Shown: one piece after another, positions 59,047-64,000 of the stretch
Numbering within the stretch: the stretch's first letter is position 1
How the letters are laid out: the number at the start of each line of letters is the position of its first letter
DNA from: a virus
IMG/VR virus record: IMGVR_UViG_3300045391_004889
Location: 43,986 to 107,985 of that record
Reading direction: 5' to 3' (one strand)
Length of the DNA: 64,000 bases
The notes under the pieces: generated by a model
What the model saw: the letters and a program-made list of their open reading frames with translations, nothing else
What the model was told of the DNA's origin: nothing
The model's database searches: none
Translations under genes and position numbers: made by a program

Positions 59047-59134
59047 AAATCTTGTGGCGGGGTGTGGACACACACCCCGCCACGGGGTAGGATGGTACCA
59101 TCAGGAAGTGCACAGGAACAGGAAGCGAGTGATC

Positions 59135-59395
59135 ATGTCGTACTACGCGCTCGAGGTGGATCTTCCCGTCGAGGACGAGGCCGCGCACGCCGGCCTGCTC
59201 GGCCACAAGCACACGCCGGCCGGCGACGTGGAGGTCGAGGCCACCAGCGCCCAGCTCGGGGAGGTCTGCACGTTCCGCATCCTGGGTGAGATGCCGGCCA
59301 TCCTCACGTTCCTGGCCGGCCTGTGGGAGTCCTACGAGGAGGCGCTGGACGAGCTCGGCAGGGCGCGTGCGGAGGACCGCCTGCAGCTGGCGTGA
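59135..59395 (+). CDS. early cassette gene, hypothetical
   Basis: Own promoter and leader. Confidence 0.65.
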   Translation: MSYYALEVDLPVEDEAAHAGLLGHKHTPAGDVEVEATSAQLGEVCTFRILGEMPAILTFLAGLWESYEEALDELGRARAEDRLQLA

Positions 59396-59487
59396 AAGAT
59401 CTTGGCCGGCGGTGTGGACAAACACCGCCGGCCAGGGTAGGATGGTACCATCAGGAAGTGCAGGAAACCAGGAAGCGAGTGTGGATC

Positions 59488-59664
59488 ATGCAGACGTACA
59501 TCGTCACCGCCAAGGACATCAAGCCCAGCATGCGGCACACCCTGGTGAGCACCACGGTCCAGGCACGCAGCTCCTGGGAGGCCGAGCAGACCGGGTGGAC
59601 GGTCCTGGGCACGCGCCCCGGCACCTGGGTGGTGGAGATCGTCTCCGTCGAGCTCGCCGCCTGA
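59488..59664 (+). CDS. early cassette gene, hypothetical
   Basis: Own promoter and leader. Confidence 0.65.
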   Translation: MQTYIVTAKDIKPSMRHTLVSTTVQARSSWEAEQTGWTVLGTRPGTWVVEIVSVELAA

Positions 59665-59752
59665 AAGATCTTGTGGGTGGGTGTGGACAACCGCACCCAC
59701 CCAGGGTATGATGGTACCATCAGGAAGTGCAGGACAGGAAGGAACAGGAATC

Positions 59753-59929
59753 ATGTCCACCATCGTGCCCGTCTCCGCGCTCTACACCCGTCTCGTCGCC
59801 GCCACGGCCGCCCAGGTGGCAGCGTGTCGCAACTGTCGCACGCTCCCCACCGGCCAGCACTGTCTCTCGCACACGTGCCTCGACTGTGGCCGCCTCGCGC
59901 ACCCGCACAGCCAGCCCTGCCAGCGCTAG
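59753..59929 (+). CDS. early cassette gene, Cys/His-rich
   Basis: CRNC..HC..HTCLDC..H. Confidence 0.6.
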   Translation: MSTIVPVSALYTRLVAATAAQVAACRNCRTLPTGQHCLSHTCLDCGRLAHPHSQPCQR

Positions 59930-60058
59930 CAGGCAGGCAGCCGCCGGCCTCTCACGAGGCCGGCCGGCGACGAGAGTGTCCACGTAAACATGTGGACATT
60001 GTCACCGCCGCAGGGTATGATGGTACCAACAGCAGGACAGGAAGAGAGAAGGAAGACC

Positions 60059-60367
60059 ATGGACCTCGCCACCGCCATCCGCCTCGTCGTCGAGGACGTC
60101 CGTCAGAGCTACCCGCAGATGTCCGAGCCGGCCGCCATCGAGCACGCCAGGGACAGCGTGGGCGTGGCCGAGCTGAACTGGGACGAGCCCAACGCCGCCG
60201 CGTGGCAGCTGGTGCTGGAGGCCCACGTGGGCGAGCTGGTGCTGAGCGTGGCCGGCCTGGTGGACGCCACCCTCGACGAGTCGGACGTGTGGGTGTCCAC
60301 CGACGGGGCACACGCCACCATCGACGGCATGCCGGCGCTGCAGTGGCTGGACGCCGTCTTCTGCTAG
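60059..60367 (+). CDS. early cassette gene, acidic hypothetical
   Basis: Own promoter and leader. Confidence 0.65.
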   Translation: MDLATAIRLVVEDVRQSYPQMSEPAAIEHARDSVGVAELNWDEPNAAAWQLVLEAHVGELVLSVAGLVDATLDESDVWVSTDGAHATIDGMPALQWLDAVFC

Positions 60368-60460
60368 GACGTCTGGTCAGGCTCGTCCGCGATTGTTGTG
60401 GACAATCGCGGGCGGGCCTGGTAAGATGGTACCAACAGCGGGACAGGAAGGAACCAGGAA

Positions 60461-60706
60461 ATGGAACGCAAGATCACGCTCATGCAGCACACGCCGAACA
60501 ACCCCACGCAGGTGGAGGGCGGCGAGCTCGTCAAGCTGATCGGCGAGAAGCTGGGCGAGAACTGGGGTGCCGTCAAGCTCGGCAGGGCGTGGTGCTTCAT
60601 GAAGGACGGCCAGCCGGCCGGCCAGTCCACGCGCACCTTCTGGAGGGCGGTTGCGGACGTGATGAAGCTGGAGTCGCTCAGCCGCGCCGTCCCGACGAAG
60701 AAGTGA
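60461..60706 (+). CDS. early cassette gene, hypothetical
   Basis: Own promoter and leader. Confidence 0.65.
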   Translation: MERKITLMQHTPNNPTQVEGGELVKLIGEKLGENWGAVKLGRAWCFMKDGQPAGQSTRTFWRAVADVMKLESLSRAVPTKK

Positions 60707-60824
60707 TCGTCTAGCCAGGCTCGCCCACACCTGGAAACTCGTCACATTGGGTGTGGACAAGTGTGGGTGGGCCTGGTAAGATGGTAACATCAAGCAGGAA
60801 CAAGGAACAGGAAGAAGGAAGATC

Positions 60825-61916
60825 ATGAACCTCGGAAACCTGAAGGCCGGCAAGACCACCACCGTCGAGGGCCTGGACATCACCAAGGGTGACGGCCACT
60901 ACGACCTCGGGTACAGCGGCGAGGCGTGGACGCTGACCTACGACAAGGACGAGAAGGCCTGGGTGCTCGCCCGCGGCAACGGACACACGATCACGTTCAA
61001 GGACGCCACCGCGAAGACCATCGTCTTCACCGTCCTGGACACCATCAAGGCCATCCTCGCCGCCGACGAGCAGGCGGAGGCCGAGGAGGCGGAGAAGCCG
61101 GCGGAGACGGACGAGGAGAAGGCCGCCCGCAAGCGGGAGGGCATCCTGGACAAGATCGCCGCCGCGATGAAGATCGCGCAGGACCCGTCGTCCAGTGACG
61201 AGCAGGCGGAGGCGGCCCTGGCTGCCGTCGCTCGCCTCATGGACCGCCACTCGGTGTCCGAGGAGGAGCTGCGACGCCGGAAGGCGACCGAGGCCGGCCT
61301 CGAGCACGGCGACGAGGAGATCGTCGACTGGACCTACCCGATCAACGTCCAGGGTGGTCACGCTCCCCACCGCGTCGCCGCCTTCGCCAGCGTCGTCACC
61401 GCCATGGGTGCCCGGTGCTTCTACCTCCACCACAAGGTGAAGGGTGCCGGCTACAAGGCGGACACGATGGTCCTCCGCGTCTTCGCCCAGCAGTCGATCA
61501 TCGACAACCTGAAGGCGTTCCTGCCGGTGGTCGAGCTGCAGATGGAGCGCCTCGGGGACGAGGTGTCCCGGAAGAAGTCGCGGGAGGCGAGGGAGGCCGG
61601 CGGTCACCACTCGGGCCCGGGATGCCACGCCCGGCGGGGGTTCATGCGGGGCTTCGGCGCCGGCATCGCGTTCCGTATCACCGAGGGACGTGAGGAGATG
61701 GAGACGGAGGACGGCACGGGCTCCACGGCCCTCGTGCTCCGCGACAGGGCCACGGTGCTGGACCAATACATGGCCGAGAACCACGGCAACCTGAAGAGCA
61801 CCAAGGCGCAGAAGTACGACGACGCCGCCTACCGGCAGGGCCACGCCGCCGGCGTCGCCTTCGCCTCGCCCCAGGTCGCCACGGAGCCGGCGGCCAAGGT
61901 CCTGCAGGACGCCTGA
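60825..61916 (+). CDS. DUF2786-domain protein
   Basis: ILDKIAAAMKIAQDP.....AEAALAAVARLMDRH; C-terminal AAYRQGHAAG. Confidence 0.75.
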   Translation: MNLGNLKAGKTTTVEGLDITKGDGHYDLGYSGEAWTLTYDKDEKAWVLARGNGHTITFKDATAKTIVFTVLDTIKAILAADEQAEAEEAEKPAETDEEKAARKREGILDKIAAAMKIAQDPSSSDEQAEAALAAVARLMDRHSVSEEELRRRKATEAGLEHGDEEIVDWTYPINVQGGHAPHRVAAFASVVTAMGARCFYLHHKVKGAGYKADTMVLRVFAQQSIIDNLKAFLPVVELQMERLGDEVSRKKSREAREAGGHHSGPGCHARRGFMRGFGAGIAFRITEGREEMETEDGTGSTALVLRDRATVLDQYMAENHGNLKSTKAQKYDDAAYRQGHAAGVAFASPQVATEPAAKVLQDA

Positions 61917-61995
61917 GAACGATCACCGCCCGGGTGTGGACAACGCACCCGGGCGGTGGTATGCTGTACCCAGGAACAGGAACTGAGGAGGAAGC

Positions 61996-62130
61996 ATGGA
62001 CGAGAACGAGTGCCAGCTCTGTGGCGAGGGCAACGACGAGCTTGATCCACTCGGCATGTTCCGCCGGGACGGCGAGACGATCATCGCGCACGGGCAGTGC
62101 GGCGTGGACGAGGGTCTCGAGCTCGCCTGA
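61996..62130 (+). CDS. 44-aa early cassette gene, absent from the ORF track
   Basis: GAGGAGG RBS; CQLC..H..C; ends at the module junction. Confidence 0.6.
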   Translation: MDENECQLCGEGNDELDPLGMFRRDGETIIAHGQCGVDEGLELA

Positions 62131-62197
62131 AAGATCTTACTGCCGGGTGTGGACAACCGCACCCGGCAGCTGGTAAGATGGTACCATCAGCCAGGGA

Positions 62198-62235
62198 GGG
62201 ATAACCGCCACCGGCGCATCGCCGGACGGAAACCC
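62198..62235 (+). ncRNA. structured RNA motif, copy 2 (5' leader)
   Basis: GGGATAACCG-hairpin-CGGAAACCC. Confidence 0.5.
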
Positions 62236-62282
62236 GGAAGCTGATCACCGCAGGAACAGGAAGCGAACTGAGGAGCAAGATC

Positions 62283-62504
62283 ATGGCTGTCACCATCGCA
62301 CGCGTGGAGAAGGACTTCGTCGAGGGCGAGACGGTTCGCCACCTGGGCACTCAGCGCCTGGCCATCGTCGTCGGGGAGCGGGTGCTCACCGAGCGGGTGA
62401 TCGGCCGGCTCGGAATGACCACGCACCGCCTGGACGTGAAGATGCACGGGGACACCCGGGTGCGCACCTTCCACGCGAACCTGTTCGAGCCGCTCGCCGG
62501 CTAG
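62283..62504 (+). CDS. early cassette gene, SH3-like
   Basis: FVEGETVRH..IVVG. Confidence 0.6.
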   Translation: MAVTIARVEKDFVEGETVRHLGTQRLAIVVGERVLTERVIGRLGMTTHRLDVKMHGDTRVRTFHANLFEPLAG

Positions 62505-62589
62505 AAGATCTTGCCGGCGGGTGTGGACAACACACCCGCCGGCTGGTAAGGTAGTACCAAGCAGGAAACAGGAAGAGAGAAGGAAGACC

Positions 62590-63150
62590 ATGATCGTCCG
62601 CAGCCGCACCCGCAACGTCCTCGTGAACACGCTCATCGTGGCCCTCACGGCCGCCTCGTTCGTCGCCGGCCTCGACATGTACCACGCCATCAAGAGCCTG
62701 CACCACAGCGCCCCCGTGGCCGCCACGGCGCCGGCCAAGCCGGCCCTCAAGACCGCCGGCTACAACGACGGGTGGATCGACGGCCAGGCGGACCTGGCGG
62801 ACGAGCTCGGCGCCTCGCGTGTACCCAACAACACCGAGTACGCCGCGTGGCTGAAGGCCAACCAGAAGGACGCCTCGTGCCACCTCGCCTGGGACGGCCA
62901 GGTGCGCCCCGTGTACGAGGTCGTCTGCGTCAAGGCCGGCCGCACCCTGCCGGTCGGCTGCACCAGCAGCAAGGTCGCTCAGGCTGACGTGGAGGCCTGC
63001 CTCGCACTGGACTACCGGAACGCTCAGACCGTCAAGAACGCGGACGGCTCGGTGATCTCGAGCCCCGACGGGACGGCTCTCATCGCCGAGTGCCTGAGCC
63101 AGTACAGCGGCCAGGAGCTCCACAACTGCCTGAACCAGCCGGTTCTCTGA
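62590..63150 (+). CDS. early cassette gene, secreted or membrane-anchored Cys-containing protein
   Basis: N-terminal signal/TM segment, 6 Cys. Confidence 0.65.
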   Translation: MIVRSRTRNVLVNTLIVALTAASFVAGLDMYHAIKSLHHSAPVAATAPAKPALKTAGYNDGWIDGQADLADELGASRVPNNTEYAAWLKANQKDASCHLAWDGQVRPVYEVVCVKAGRTLPVGCTSSKVAQADVEACLALDYRNAQTVKNADGSVISSPDGTALIAECLSQYSGQELHNCLNQPVL

Positions 63151-63245
63151 AAGATCTTGGCCGAGGATGTGGACATCTGCGCCCTCGGCTGGTAAGCTTG
63201 ACCTCAGCAGCAAGGAACCAGGAACCAAGGAAGCGAGTGATCAAC

Positions 63246-63404
63246 GTGGGTACCTACCTCGTCATCAACAAGGACGGCTCGGTTCGGGGCACGGCCACAA
63301 TGCTGGACTCCATGGCCAAGCGACTCGAGGACCAGGGCTGCCACCTGATCCCCCAGGCCGAGGTCCCCTCGGTCAAGATCACCTTCGGCCGCTCGACCCG
63401 CTAA
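63246..63404 (+). CDS. early cassette gene, hypothetical
   Basis: Own promoter and leader. Confidence 0.55.
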   Translation: MGTYLVINKDGSVRGTATMLDSMAKRLEDQGCHLIPQAEVPSVKITFGRSTR

Positions 63405-63492
63405 GAATCTTGGCCCCGGGTGTGGACAAACACCCGGGGCCAAGGTAAGGTAGTACTACCAAGCAGGAACAGGAACAGGAAGAAGGAAGATC

Positions 63493-63888
63493 ATGACCAT
63501 CGACATCTTCGCGAAGGCCCAGGAGCGGATCGACTCCGAGGCTGAGGCCGCCCGCCGCGTTCTCAAGGACAGCCAGGTCGCCATGATCAAGTGCATGGAG
63601 GGTGGCTACGCCCTTCAGACCAGCAGCGTCGAGTCGATCTTCCTGCAGGAGCACCTCGTGCGGGCGTGGAACCAGGTGCAGGCCCTCAGCCTTACCTCCA
63701 CCGACAAGGAGGAGCTGAAGGCCCGCCTCAGCACCTGGGTGGAGGACGCTACGGAGCAGGTGATGGCCCCGGGTAGGAGCCAGAGCACCTCGTTCGTCCG
63801 TACCGAGCAGATGGCACAGGAGACGGAGGCACTCAAGAGCACGGCACGCTCGGTCTCCTACATCGTCAGGATGCTCGCCTCGGCCTGA
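63493..63888 (+). CDS. early cassette gene, helical hypothetical
   Basis: Own promoter and leader. Confidence 0.65.
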   Translation: MTIDIFAKAQERIDSEAEAARRVLKDSQVAMIKCMEGGYALQTSSVESIFLQEHLVRAWNQVQALSLTSTDKEELKARLSTWVEDATEQVMAPGRSQSTSFVRTEQMAQETEALKSTARSVSYIVRMLASA

Positions 63889-63896
63889 TGGCAGGC

Positions 63897-63978
63897 AGGC
63901 TCGGCTCCACTCGCAGGGCGAGGGAGCCGAGCCACTCGGTTGAGCACGCGTGGTGGGTGGAGGCCCACCACGCTTTTG
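63897..63978 (+). terminator. tandem hairpins closing the cassette array
   Basis: GGCTCGGCTCC..GGAGCCGAGCC and GCGTGGTGGG..CCCACCACGC-TTTT. Confidence 0.7.
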
Positions 63979-64000
63979 CTAGGTGACTGAGTGCACCGCG

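Larger units (their letters stand above)
58600..63451 (+). promoter_or_regulatory. 13 repeated TGGACA-17(18)-TAnnnT promoters, most inside hairpins
   Basis: -35 boxes at 58600, 58701, 59065, 59415, 59684, 59993, 60399, 60754, 61937, 62150, 62524, 63170, 63423. Confidence 0.85.

Noticed and set aside
587-61844. Long antisense or alternate-frame ORFs (e.g. 587-2566, 3474-5879, 12918-15449, 35258-36964, 55031-56863, 57405-58928)
   Set aside because: These are shadow ORFs expected in high-GC DNA; they overlap well-supported genes and have no motifs.
58590-63500. CRISPR array
   Set aside because: The repeats are degenerate promoter elements, spacing is irregular (100-1200 bp) and the intervals hold ORFs; there is no cas operon (the Cas4-like gene sits in the recombination block).
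1-64000. Prophage or lysogeny module
   Set aside because: No integrase, att site, repressor pair or host genes are recognisable; terminase and portal are also absent and presumably lie outside the window.

Overview
This window is about 64 kb of a high-GC tailed actinobacteriophage with siphovirus-type gene order. The host is probably Streptomyces or a relative, judged from the GH25 endolysin and the HrdB-like promoters. Left arm (+, 1-24.8 kb): the end of a NUDIX-containing ORF, a large protease/scaffold gene, major capsid, decoration, neck and tail genes, a chaperone pair with a likely +1 frameshift, tape measure, tail-tip proteins and lysis genes. Middle (-, 24.8-48.7 kb): 11 tRNAs, an unexplained structured RNA inside the tRNA cluster, recombination/replication genes, and a probable cytosine hypermodification pathway. 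That pathway comprises a dCMP-type thymidylate-synthase homologue, a kinase-UDG fusion, a dCMP deaminase, a dNTP pyrophosphatase, a glycosyltransferase and an atypical C5-methyltransferase. Right (+, 48.7-64 kb): RecD-like helicase, prim-pol, D5 helicase, a candidate origin, and an array of 13 early cassettes, 12 with one gene each and one without an ORF. Most cassette junctions place a sigma70 -35 box inside a covarying hairpin, and two cassettes start with a shared structured RNA motif. No terminase, integrase or CRISPR array is visible. All product calls come from motif recognition by eye; no database searches were run.
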